From Thermodesulfovibrionales bacterium (lineage in GTDB: Bacteria > Nitrospirota > Thermodesulfovibrionia > Thermodesulfovibrionales > SM23-35): a stretch of 64,000 nucleotides of DNA. Within the stretch, counting starts at the first letter, position 1, and each line of letters starts with the position of its first letter. The notes under the pieces are model-generated. The model searched no databases, had not been told where the DNA came from, and saw only the letters and a list, made by a program, of their open reading frames with translations. This document shows, piece by piece, positions 7,957 through 16,851 of the stretch. A program made the position numbers and the translations under genes. Location of the stretch: assembly GCA_030019415.1 (NCBI GenBank), contig JASEEX010000006.1, forward strand, positions 693-64,692. Reading direction: 5' to 3'.

Positions 7957-8947
7957 AATTCTCCTTGGTCATGGTAGTGGTGGAAGAATGATGCACCAGT
8001 TAATCAGGGAACATTTTGCCCCTGAATTTGAGCTTAAATCACTTAATGATTCTGCTGTCCTTGAGGGGATAAATCATGGAAGGATTGCGTTAACGACAGA
8101 TTCTTACGTCGTCTCTCCTATATTCTTTCCTGGAGGAGATATCGGAGATCTTTCCGTTTATGGTACTGTGAACGACCTTTCGATGGTTGGGGCAAGACCC
8201 CTTTGCCTTACGGCAGGTTTTATTCTTGAAGAGGGCTTCCCCCTCGAAGATTTAAAGAGGATTCTATCTTCTATGTCAGAGGCCGCAGAAAAGGCAGGGG
8301 TAAAGATAGTTGCCGGAGACACAAAGGTAGTTAATAAAGGCAAGGGAGATGGAATATTCATCAATACATCCGGGATCGGAATAATCGAAGAGGGGCTTGA
8401 TATATCGCCTTCAAGGGTAATGCCTGCTGATAAGGTTATTCTAAGTGGCCTTATTGGAAATCATGGAATTTCAATTATTGGAGAAAGAAATGGCCTCACT
8501 TTCGACCCACCCATATTGAGTGATACAGCACCCCTGAATAGTCTCGTCAGGGATATGCTGAATACAACTAAGGAGATACATGCCATGAGAGACCCTACGA
8601 GGGGAGGTCTTGCAACATCCCTCAAAGAGATCGCAGGGGATTCAGGATACTGTATTGTGATTAAAGAAGAGTCTATACCTGTTCCGTCAGGAGTAAGGGG
8701 GGCATGTGAACTCCTCGGCCTTGACCCACTTTATGTAGCCAATGAAGGGATACTTGTTGCAATAGTAAAACCTGATGTAGCAGAATCGCTTGTTAGTATC
8801 ATGAGAAAACATCCGCTGGGTAAAGAAACCCGGTTAATCGGATATGTGCAGAAGGCACCAGCAGGAATGGTCTTACTGAAGACATCTATAGGTGGCACCA
8901 GAATAGTTGAGATGCTCTCAGGAGACCAGTTGCCGAGAATATGCTGA
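7949..8947 (+). CDS. hypE: hydrogenase maturation protein HypE
   Basis: Starts VDRILLGHGSGG and ends with the canonical PRIC. The GTG at 7949 overlaps the hypD stop. The track ORF (from 7886) extends into hypD. Confidence 0.9.
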   Translation: MDRILLGHGSGGRMMHQLIREHFAPEFELKSLNDSAVLEGINHGRIALTTDSYVVSPIFFPGGDIGDLSVYGTVNDLSMVGARPLCLTAGFILEEGFPLEDLKRILSSMSEAAEKAGVKIVAGDTKVVNKGKGDGIFINTSGIGIIEEGLDISPSRVMPADKVILSGLIGNHGISIIGERNGLTFDPPILSDTAPLNSLVRDMLNTTKEIHAMRDPTRGGLATSLKEIAGDSGYCIVIKEESIPVPSGVRGACELLGLDPLYVANEGILVAIVKPDVAESLVSIMRKHPLGKETRLIGYVQKAPAGMVLLKTSIGGTRIVEMLSGDQLPRIC

Positions 8948-8949
8948 TG

Positions 8950-9136
8950 GTTGAATAACCAATAACCAAATCCCAATGACCAAATAATAACCAATGTCCA
9001 AATTACAAATAACCAAAAATTTAGAATTTAATTATGGTCTGATATTACTGCTTCAAAATTTGAAATTTGTTTGGAAGTGTTTGGTTATTGATTATTGGAA
9101 TTTATTTGGTGATTGGTTATTGGAATTTGGTGATTT
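8950..9136. repeat. long imperfect palindrome built from heptamer-phased units (hypE-pdxJ spacer)
   Basis: The left arm is G-poor (AATAACC AATAACC AAATCCC AATGACC...). The right arm is C-free (TTGGTTA TTGATTA TTGGAAT TTGGTGA...). The arms are partly complementary. Confidence 0.75.
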
Positions 9137-9156
9137 AACTCTCTTGGAGGTTTCAT

Positions 9157-9876
9157 ATGTTACTGGGTGTAAATGTTGACCATGTGGCTACTATAAGACA
9201 GGCAAGAGGAGGCATCGAGCCTGACCCTGTTATGGCCGCAACCTTAGCCATACTTGGTGGCACAGATGGAATCACAGTTCATCTCAGGGAAGACAGGCGT
9301 CATATACAGGACAGGGATTTGAAGATGTTAAAGGAGTTTGTACCTGTTGAATTAAACCTCGAGATGGCAGCAACAAAGGAGATGATAGGCATCGCAACTA
9401 AGTTAAAGCCTGATCTGGTTACACTCGTACCTGAAAAAAGGGAGGAGCTTACAACAGAAGGCGGGTTAGATGTGACCTCACATAAAAGAAATATCCGGGA
9501 TGCGATAAAAAAGATTCACGATGTCGGTATCCCAGTGAGTCTCTTCGTAAATCCCGATTTTGAGGCTATTACTCTCTCAAAGCAGATAGGAACAGACATG
9601 GTAGAGATACATACTGGAATTTATGCAAATGCAAAAGGGAAAGAACAGGAAAAGGAATTGACTCGTATCATTAATGCAGTCGGACACGCACTGGATACCG
9701 GTCTTGCGGTCAATGCAGGGCATGGCCTTAATTATTTTAATGTTACAAAAATAGCCTCTATACAGGGCATAAGGGGGCTTTACATAGGACACAGTATTGT
9801 TTCAAAGGCAGTGCTTGTAGGAATGGAGAGGGCTGTTAGGGAAATGAAGGAGTTAATAAAAGAGGCTACCCGCTAA
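9157..9876 (+). CDS. pdxJ: pyridoxine 5'-phosphate synthase
   Basis: LGVNVDHVATIRQARGG, HLREDRRHI and NAGHGL motifs. 239 aa. Confidence 0.9.
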   Translation: MLLGVNVDHVATIRQARGGIEPDPVMAATLAILGGTDGITVHLREDRRHIQDRDLKMLKEFVPVELNLEMAATKEMIGIATKLKPDLVTLVPEKREELTTEGGLDVTSHKRNIRDAIKKIHDVGIPVSLFVNPDFEAITLSKQIGTDMVEIHTGIYANAKGKEQEKELTRIINAVGHALDTGLAVNAGHGLNYFNVTKIASIQGIRGLYIGHSIVSKAVLVGMERAVREMKELIKEATR

Positions 9877-10994
9877 AATCTCAAGAATGCACCAATTCCT
9901 CCGGCATCCAGTAATTTCTTATTTTCTGCTACTACTTCAACCAGAGCACCCTGCCCTATTGCCTTTTCACCTGCAAGATCAACTATATAATCAACTATCT
10001 CCATCTCACCTTTACAGTAAGGACAGGGTTCGACTTTTTGGATAGTCAAAAATCCGCAAGATGAACAGGAGTATCCAGATGTCCTGAAATCCTTTATTAA
10101 GACTAATTTCATCACCTTCTGTTCCTGCAGGGCATTAAGAACATTTTCTAATCCCAATACAGCATCTTTATTCTTCATAGCCCCTGTAATCAGTGCTTCT
10201 ACTGTTTCCTTCTCTTTCTTTTTCTCAAAGTCAAGAACTATCGGTTCTACCCTAGCCAGAACCTCAGGACTTTTAGCAAACATCTCTATCTTTACCGTTC
10301 CTATAACCTTATCGAGAATTGTCTTGTGTAGCATATCTTTGACCATGGAAACGGCTTCATCAGAGCCACCTATTATCAGCCTCCCGATATATTCTCCACC
10401 GAGGAATGAATCCAGTTTTTCTATTACCTCTTTAAGGTGCATGCCTACATGATAATCTATATGCCGCGCATAGTGATTTTGAGAAAGGGCAAACCATCCA
10501 CCCTTTTTATGTTTTCCGGGAATGTCAGGGGTGTGGACCTCACCGTATTCTACAATCTCACGAAGGTGAACCACAAATATCCTTGCGGACTCTTTATCCA
10601 CGAGCAAAACTGCATACCTTTGGTAATTATCCAGAATATCCATAAGAGGTTTTGTATAGGGAGTCTTATCAACAATCAATTCATTCTTTACAGGGATACC
10701 GAGATGGTATTCCTTCCAGAAGGAATTCACAGTGGAACTCAAAAGGGCGAGTCCCTTTTTAAACATCCTTTTATTTGTAAGGACGTAATTATCAATCCTT
10801 TCCAGGTCATCCTTTACTCTTTTATATATAGTCTTATCCAGCGACTCTACAGTGTTCTTCATCATATTTTTGAGATGCACCGTATAGTCTCCTTTTTTAT
10901 TGAACATGGGATCAACATTGAGATAGAGACTAACAAAATAACCACCCTTTCTCTCCATAGATGTGATCTCTTTCAGTTCTGCCCTGCTAAGCAT
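9873..10994 (-). CDS. bacterial archaeo-eukaryotic release-factor-like protein (baeRF/VLRF1-type, eRF1/Pelota fold) with zinc ribbon
   Basis: N-terminus ...GGYFVSLYLNVDP, central loop KKGGWFALSQNHYARH (in the GGQ-loop position), CSSCG...CPYCKG ribbon, and the eRF1/Pelota domain-3-like end GGIGAFLRF. Confidence 0.6.
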   Translation of the reverse strand: MLSRAELKEITSMERKGGYFVSLYLNVDPMFNKKGDYTVHLKNMMKNTVESLDKTIYKRVKDDLERIDNYVLTNKRMFKKGLALLSSTVNSFWKEYHLGIPVKNELIVDKTPYTKPLMDILDNYQRYAVLLVDKESARIFVVHLREIVEYGEVHTPDIPGKHKKGGWFALSQNHYARHIDYHVGMHLKEVIEKLDSFLGGEYIGRLIIGGSDEAVSMVKDMLHKTILDKVIGTVKIEMFAKSPEVLARVEPIVLDFEKKKEKETVEALITGAMKNKDAVLGLENVLNALQEQKVMKLVLIKDFRTSGYSCSSCGFLTIQKVEPCPYCKGEMEIVDYIVDLAGEKAIGQGALVEVVAENKKLLDAGGIGAFLRF

Positions 10995-12036
10995 TTTGTC
11001 CTCCTTCTACACTCCTGAATATCTCGATAACCGATACAAACAGTGCCAGTACCAGTGGTCCCATTATAAGACCTATCAATCCAAATAACTTTATTCCTCC
11101 AAGAATACTAAAAAAGATGACAAGAATGGGCATCTTTGTTCTGCCACCTATTATGATGGGCTTTAAAACATTGTCTATCAAACTTATCCCAAATATCCCC
11201 ACAATTGCAAGGGCTATTCCTTTTACTACTGCACCCTTTATAAACAAATATATAACGGCAGGCACCCATACTGCAGATGCGCCAATAAGCGGGATGAAGG
11301 AGGCAATGGAAGTGGCCAATCCCCAGACAACAGGTGTTGAGATTCCGAGTATGAAAAAGGCAATCCCGGCTATGGTTCCCTGGGCGATCGAGACAGCGAC
11401 GCCACCATAAATTGTTGATATGACAATATCCCTTATCCGTTTTACCAGTCTATCCTTCTGTTCTTCTGAAAAAGGCATGTAATCACGAGCCTTACTCAGA
11501 AATTCAGGTCCATCCCTCAGAAAGAAAAAGATTGAAAAGGCCATAAAAACAAAGTTTAATGAGGAAGTTACAATATTAGCTACTCCTTCCATAATTCTGC
11601 CAAACACCTCTTTCCCAAATCGCGATATATTATCAGCAATAGCCTTATTGAGTTCTGCTTCAGTGATATTAAATAGAGATAGTAACTTATCGAATATCGG
11701 CTTGATACTCGGATGCTGTAACAGATCTTGTAATGCCTTAATCCTTTCAGCTTCCAGATAATCTGTTAAGGCTCTAAGTTCCTTAATAAGTAAATATGTG
11801 AGATATGAAAAGGGGCCAAGAATTATTAAAAGTATGATACCGAGGGTAATAAGGGATGCTACCGATCTCCATTTTATATATTTAGTAGCAAGGGCAAAAA
11901 GGGGATAAAAAACTGTAGAAAGGACGATTGCCCATGCTATAGGAGATAAAAAGGGCCTTAATATCCGGTAACTTAAAAAACCCAGAATTAATACGAGGGC
12001 TATCAAGGCAAAAAGGTAAAACCTGTCAGTTATCAT
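10987..12036 (-). CDS. AI-2E family transporter (PerM/UPF0118)
   Basis: Multi-TM protein with the typical AI-2E C-terminal half. The ATG at 12036 has an AAGAGG SD; the track ORF starts at GTG 12072. Its 3' end overlaps the baeRF start by 8 nt. Confidence 0.85.
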   Translation of the reverse strand: MITDRFYLFALIALVLILGFLSYRILRPFLSPIAWAIVLSTVFYPLFALATKYIKWRSVASLITLGIILLIILGPFSYLTYLLIKELRALTDYLEAERIKALQDLLQHPSIKPIFDKLLSLFNITEAELNKAIADNISRFGKEVFGRIMEGVANIVTSSLNFVFMAFSIFFFLRDGPEFLSKARDYMPFSEEQKDRLVKRIRDIVISTIYGGVAVSIAQGTIAGIAFFILGISTPVVWGLATSIASFIPLIGASAVWVPAVIYLFIKGAVVKGIALAIVGIFGISLIDNVLKPIIIGGRTKMPILVIFFSILGGIKLFGLIGLIMGPLVLALFVSVIEIFRSVEGGQNA

Positions 12037-12154
12037 AGAAACCTCTTTATTATATATACCATCTGCTGACACTGCAACACCTCCAAATCCGTTTGTTAGA
12101 CCACATCAGGCACTTGGCTATAAAACTCCATTGCAATTTCTTAAAAACAAGGAG

Positions 12155-12237
12155 ACCCCCGTTAGAAAAAAGCCCGCCCTGTTAGATATAAACATAAAAA
12201 TAACCCGTTAGAAATATTTCTTCTAACGGGGTTTACA
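12155..12237. repeat. small TIR element with CCCCGTTAGAA ends
   Basis: ACCCCCGTTAGAA (12156) ... CCCTGTTAGA ... ACCCGTTAGAA-atatttc-TTCTAACGGGGTTTAC (12203-12236). Same termini as the element at 43581..43743. Confidence 0.6.
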
Positions 12238-12250
12238 CAGCTTTCCCTGT

Positions 12251-12775
12251 ATGATAGAATTTTCTATGAAAAGGTTTTTCATGATTGGCCTTTCCCTCTT
12301 TTTTGCCTGTATACTTTTCATAATGCTCAGAAGTGAGAGAGAAAGCAGTGAAGACTTAAAGATAAAGGGGAATTCTTTTATCGACGGTCTCAAGATCTTA
12401 CATGAAAAGGATGGTAATGCTATCTGGGCGCTAACTGCCCGGAAAGCGGATTTTACCGAAGGTGAAAACATGGTTGAGCTCAGTGATGTTACCGTTGTCT
12501 TTCAGAAAAACGGTATGAGACTTTATGCTGATAAAGGTATATATGATCTTTTTACCCGAAACTTTGCTACAGAAGGTAAGATAAGGGCTGAGGCAGAGGA
12601 TTATACAATAACAACCGCCTTGATTGATTACGAAGCCTCTTCTGGAAAGATTAAGACAGAAGACTCGGTAAAGGTTGAAGGCAAAAGATTCAAGGTCGAG
12701 GGCAAAGGCATGACGGTAGATTCCGAACAGAAGTTGAGGATACTTAAAGATGTCAAGGCAACTTTTTATAAGTAG
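12251..12775 (+). CDS. lptC: LPS export protein LptC (probable)
   Basis: N-terminal TM anchor and beta-rich 174-aa protein, located directly upstream of lptA-lptB-rpoN (conserved synteny). Confidence 0.6.
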   Translation: MIEFSMKRFFMIGLSLFFACILFIMLRSERESSEDLKIKGNSFIDGLKILHEKDGNAIWALTARKADFTEGENMVELSDVTVVFQKNGMRLYADKGIYDLFTRNFATEGKIRAEAEDYTITTALIDYEASSGKIKTEDSVKVEGKRFKVEGKGMTVDSEQKLRILKDVKATFYK

Positions 12776-13220
12776 TCTTTTAATTCTCTTTTTACTATCA
12801 ACAAATGTCTTCTCTGAAGAAAAGGCCCAACAGATAAAAGGTCCAATAATCATAACTTCTGAGATGCTGACAGCGGATAACAGGACCCATACCGCGCTCT
12901 TTGAAAATTCTGTCGTTGCAAGGACAACAGATATGACACTTCATGCAGACAGGATGCTCGTCTACTATAATGCGGATACTGGAAATATAACAAAGATTGA
13001 GGCAGAGGGAGGTATTAAATTAATTAAAGGGACGAGGGCTATTACCTCGAAGGAAGCTACCTATTGTGCCGATGGAGAGAAGATCATCTTTATAGGAGAA
13101 CCGCGTGCTGTAGAGGGTGAAAATGTAGTCACAGGCAGAAAGATAACATATCTTTTGAATGAAGACCGCTTTCTTGTTGAAGGCAGTAAGGTCTTTCTGA
13201 GAAAACAGAAAGGACAATAA
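12750..13220 (+). CDS. lptA: LPS transport periplasmic protein LptA (OstA-like)
   Basis: Signal peptide, OstA-like repeats, and synteny. Confidence 0.72.
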   Translation: MSRQLFISSLLILFLLSTNVFSEEKAQQIKGPIIITSEMLTADNRTHTALFENSVVARTTDMTLHADRMLVYYNADTGNITKIEAEGGIKLIKGTRAITSKEATYCADGEKIIFIGEPRAVEGENVVTGRKITYLLNEDRFLVEGSKVFLRKQKGQ

Positions 13221-13943
13221 ATGCATCTATTAGAGGCAAAGGGACTTTTAAAGACCTATGGCAGAAGGTATGTCGTCAAGGATCTTAACCTTTATCTCTC
13301 TACGGGTGAGATCATAGGCCTTCTCGGTCCTAATGGCGCAGGTAAGACAACCACCTTTTACATGATGGTAGGGCTTATAAAGCCCGATAAGGGAAAGATC
13401 TTCCTCGATAATGAGGATATAACCGGGCTTCCGATGTTCAGGAGGGCAATGATGGGGATAAGCTATTTGCCCCAGGAATCATCCATATTCAGGAAACTTT
13501 CAGTTGAAGATAACCTCAGGGCAGTACTCGAGATAAGAGGGCTTCGCAGAGGTGAGATTGAGGCCGAAGTGGACCACCTGTTAAAGGAATTCAACCTTGT
13601 AGAATTCTCGAAAAGGGATGGTTACAGGCTCTCTGGAGGTGAGAGGAGGAAGACCGAGATAGCAAGAGCCATTGCGATAAAACCCTTGTTCATACTCTTT
13701 GACGAACCTTTTACGGGCATAGACCCCATTACGATCGTAGAACTCAAAAAGATGCTTAATTATCTTAAAGGCAAAGGCCTCGGGATATTGATAACAGACC
13801 ATAATGTAAGAGATACACTTTCCATAACAGACAGGGCATATATCATGAGCAACGGCGAGATACTCGAAGAGGGCATGCCTGATGAAATTGTTGCAGATCC
13901 GAGGGTCAAAGAGGCATTTCTCGGCGAGGAGTTCACACTTTAA
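13221..13943 (+). CDS. lptB: LPS export ABC transporter ATP-binding protein LptB
   Basis: Walker A GPNGAGKTT, signature LSGGERRK, Walker B ILFDEP. 240 aa. Confidence 0.9.
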   Translation: MHLLEAKGLLKTYGRRYVVKDLNLYLSTGEIIGLLGPNGAGKTTTFYMMVGLIKPDKGKIFLDNEDITGLPMFRRAMMGISYLPQESSIFRKLSVEDNLRAVLEIRGLRRGEIEAEVDHLLKEFNLVEFSKRDGYRLSGGERRKTEIARAIAIKPLFILFDEPFTGIDPITIVELKKMLNYLKGKGLGILITDHNVRDTLSITDRAYIMSNGEILEEGMPDEIVADPRVKEAFLGEEFTL

Positions 13944-15382
13944 TGGCCCTTCAAAGCAGGATTGAGCTGGAATTAACGCAGAAGCTGATACTCACGCCTC
14001 AGCTTCAGCAGGCAATAAAACTACTGCAACTGCCCCAGCTCGAACTCTCTCAGGCACTCAGTCAGGAACTTATAGAAAATCCTTTCCTAGAAGAATCTAT
14101 TGATGAGATAAACACAGAAGATCTAACACAGGAGGAAAGGGACTCTATCGAGATTGAAGAGATAAACGAAGATGCGGAGGCTCCTCTTGAAAGGCTGATG
14201 AACTTTATGGTAGACGAATACTTTGAAGAGAGGGGGAGTAATGGAAGAGACCTTGGTTATTTCAATCCGGGCACTGTAACCCCCCCTCCATATGAGCGGC
14301 TTCTTACCAGAGGACCAAACCTCTACGACCATCTCTTATGGCAACTGAGACTCTCGAATGAGCCTGAAGACATAAGAAAGGTAGGAGAGATCATGATAGG
14401 CAATATAGATGAAAACGGATATCTGAGGGAATCTATTGAGGAGCTCATAGAAGAGGCAAAGACTGACATGGAGACAGCAGAAAAGGCGCTCAGATTGATA
14501 CAGAGTTTTGATCCCCCAGGGGTAGGTGCGAGGAACATCACAGAGTGTCTGCTTTTACAGCTCGAGGCACTGGACCTTCAGGGGACTCTCGCTGAAAAGA
14601 TAATTATTAACAACATGGATGAACTCGAAAAGAAAAAATATATGCGGATTGCACAGCAGCACAACCTACATATGAAGGAGATCATGACTGCTGTAAAGAT
14701 TATCGAGGGGCTTGAACCTAAACCTGGCAGAAATTTTACCCACGCTACTATAAACTACGTTATCCCCGATGTATACGTGATCAAGACACCTGATGGATAT
14801 CAGATAGTTCTCAACGATGAGGGGCTACCGAGATTAAGGATTAGTAGTTTTTACAGAAAACTCATTCGACAGAAAGACGCCTTCCCCAAAGAAGATAGGC
14901 AATTTCTCGTTGAAAAGCTGCGATCTGCAGTCTGGCTTCTTAAAAGTCTCGAGCAGAGGAACAGGACAATATACAGAGTAACGGAGAGTATCCTGAATTT
15001 CCAGAAGGAGTTTTTTGATGGGGGCATAGAATACATCAAACCCTTAACCCTCAGGGATGTTGCTTCAAAACTGAATTTGCACGAAAGCACAGTAAGTAGG
15101 GTCACATCAAACAAATATCTGTCATGCCCACATGGTATTTTAAGCTTCAGATTCTTCTTTAATTGTGCACTCCATGGCAGCACGGGAAACATTTCATCTA
15201 CATCCGTAAAGAGTATGATAAAGAAGATTGTGATGGAAGAAGATTCCAGAAAGCCCTTGAGTGATCAGCGAATAGTAGAGATGTTAAAGGGCAGCGGCAT
15301 CATAGTCGCCAGGAGAACCGTGGCAAAATACAGAAAGGAAATAGGAATCCCATCACAGGCTCGGCGGAAGAAGTTCACCTGA
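13943..15382 (+). CDS. rpoN: RNA polymerase sigma-54 factor
   Basis: Gln/Leu-rich region I, acidic region II, HTH and RpoN box ARRTVAKYR. Confidence 0.95.
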   Translation: MALQSRIELELTQKLILTPQLQQAIKLLQLPQLELSQALSQELIENPFLEESIDEINTEDLTQEERDSIEIEEINEDAEAPLERLMNFMVDEYFEERGSNGRDLGYFNPGTVTPPPYERLLTRGPNLYDHLLWQLRLSNEPEDIRKVGEIMIGNIDENGYLRESIEELIEEAKTDMETAEKALRLIQSFDPPGVGARNITECLLLQLEALDLQGTLAEKIIINNMDELEKKKYMRIAQQHNLHMKEIMTAVKIIEGLEPKPGRNFTHATINYVIPDVYVIKTPDGYQIVLNDEGLPRLRISSFYRKLIRQKDAFPKEDRQFLVEKLRSAVWLLKSLEQRNRTIYRVTESILNFQKEFFDGGIEYIKPLTLRDVASKLNLHESTVSRVTSNKYLSCPHGILSFRFFFNCALHGSTGNISSTSVKSMIKKIVMEEDSRKPLSDQRIVEMLKGSGIIVARRTVAKYRKEIGIPSQARRKKFT

Positions 15383-15397
15383 TTAAAGGAGGAAGTC

Positions 15398-15931
15398 ATG
15401 AATATCATTGTGACAGGAAAACACCTTGAAATCACACCAGCTCTAAAAAAATATGCTGAAAAGAAGATTAAAAAATTCAACCGTTATCTACCAAACATAT
15501 CCGAGGCCATCGTTACGCTCAGCATAGAAAAGTACAGACATAAGGTAGAGGTTCTTCTCAAGGTCAATGGAGTCCTCATCCAGGCAGAAGGGATTACAGG
15601 TGAGATATACTCTTCAATCGATGAGGTAGTGGAAAAACTCGATAGACAGGTAAAGAAATATAAAGAGAAACTCGTCTCTCATAGGAAGAACGAAGGAAAG
15701 GCAAGCGGGACACAGCTTGAGGCTGCAGCTACAGCAGAAACTGGCAGGATTATAAAAAATAAAAGGTTTGAACTGAAGCCTATGAGCCCAGATGAGGCCG
15801 CCATGCAGATGGAACTTCTTGACAAAGACTTCTTTGTCTTTACAAATGTGGGTAGCGGAGACATAAATGTTATATACCGAAGGAAAGATGGCAATTTCGG
15901 CCTTATAGAACCGCTGAGAAGTAAGAAGTAA
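15398..15931 (+). CDS. hpf: ribosome hibernation promoting factor (long HPF)
   Basis: MNIIVTGKHLEITPALKKYAEKK N-terminal domain plus a C-terminal dimerisation domain (PMSPDEAAMQMELLDKDFFVF). Confidence 0.9.
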   Translation: MNIIVTGKHLEITPALKKYAEKKIKKFNRYLPNISEAIVTLSIEKYRHKVEVLLKVNGVLIQAEGITGEIYSSIDEVVEKLDRQVKKYKEKLVSHRKNEGKASGTQLEAAATAETGRIIKNKRFELKPMSPDEAAMQMELLDKDFFVFTNVGSGDINVIYRRKDGNFGLIEPLRSKK

Positions 15932-15935
15932 GATA

Positions 15936-16784
15936 TTGGTAAAGCCGATTATTGTCATAATCACCGGGCTCTCTGGCTCTGGCAAGACCGTTGCACTGAG
16001 AGCCCTTGAAGATTCTGGTTTTTTTTGCGTGGACAACCTCCCTATTACACTTATCGACTCCTTCGTTTCAATCATATCCAGCAACAGGGAGATTAAAAAA
16101 ATAGGAATTGGTATTGACATTAGAGAAAAAGGATTTTTATCTGAAGTCAGCGATGTCCTGAAAAACCTCAGAAATAAATATCGGACAGAAATCCTCTTTC
16201 TCGAGGCAGAAAAGGATGTACTTCTGAGGCGATTTAAGGAGACCCGCAGACCCCATCCACTTGGAGGGGATATTGAGGGGGCCATTCAGATCGAAAAAGA
16301 AAGACTTTCTCCCCTGAGGGGGACCTCCGACAGGGTCGTTGATACATCCCCATTTACACCACATCAGTTGAGACAATTTGTGACGTCTCTATACGAGATA
16401 CAGAGAGGCAAAAAGGCGATGACCCTTGTCCTTATCTCCTTTGGCTTTAAATTTGGCACACCCCAGAACATTGACCTGCTCTTCGATGTGAGATTTCTGC
16501 CCAATCCAAATTTTGTTCCCGAATTAAAGCCACTGAAAGGGATGGATAAAAGGGTCTCTGACTATATATTTAAAAAGCCAGAGGCAAGGGCATTTATGAC
16601 CAAGGTAAAAGAGTTTGTGGACTTCCTTATTCCACTGTATATCAGAGAAGGCAAGTCCTATCTTACAATTGGTATCGGTTGTACAGGCGGCATTCATCGT
16701 TCTCCTGCTATTGTAGAAAAACTACGAAGCCACCTTAAAAAACATCCGATAGACCTTAACATCATCCATCGGGATATAGGTTGA
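15936..16784 (+). CDS. rapZ: RNase adapter protein RapZ
   Basis: TTG start. P-loop GLSGSGKT, VDNLP, and C-terminal GCTGGIHRS. Confidence 0.9.
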   Translation: MVKPIIVIITGLSGSGKTVALRALEDSGFFCVDNLPITLIDSFVSIISSNREIKKIGIGIDIREKGFLSEVSDVLKNLRNKYRTEILFLEAEKDVLLRRFKETRRPHPLGGDIEGAIQIEKERLSPLRGTSDRVVDTSPFTPHQLRQFVTSLYEIQRGKKAMTLVLISFGFKFGTPQNIDLLFDVRFLPNPNFVPELKPLKGMDKRVSDYIFKKPEARAFMTKVKEFVDFLIPLYIREGKSYLTIGIGCTGGIHRSPAIVEKLRSHLKKHPIDLNIIHRDIG

Positions 16785-16785
16785 T

Positions 16786-16851
16786 ATGGTATACCTCGAT
16801 AACAATGCAACACCAGTTGACCCTGAGTGGAAGAAGAATCGCTCAACTTAG
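16786..16851 (+). pseudogene. 21-codon remnant of a cysteine desulfurase (NifS/IscS) N-terminus
   Basis: MVYLDNNATPVDPE resembles the YLDNNATTPxxPEV start of class V aminotransferases. Terminates after 21 codons. Confidence 0.5.

Noticed and set aside
5018-9136. Tandem short repeats that could be mistaken for a CRISPR array.
   Set aside because: The units are 7 nt with no unique spacers, the arrays are under 70 nt, and no cas genes are present. They do not fit CRISPR architecture.
14231-14292. G-run (GAGGGGGAG) and C-run (ACCCCCCCTCC) about 45 nt apart in the variable region II of rpoN, as a possible fourth coding-region hairpin element.
   Set aside because: The stem would be only 7 bp with a very large loop, it does not share the CACAGGGG/GTTTCCCC core, and region II of sigma-54 is naturally variable. 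The evidence is too weak.
15614-16285. 223-aa ORF on the minus strand. Similar long antisense ORFs occur at 53488..54237, 10437..11018, 48414..49031, 17087..17659, 5009..5374 and 7237..7599.
   Set aside because: Each lies entirely opposite a well-supported conserved gene (hpf/rapZ, mdh, baeRF, fabF/acpP, lipoprotein gene, hypF, hypD). They have low-complexity Ser/Leu/Pro-rich translations and no recognisable motifs, so they are shadow ORFs.
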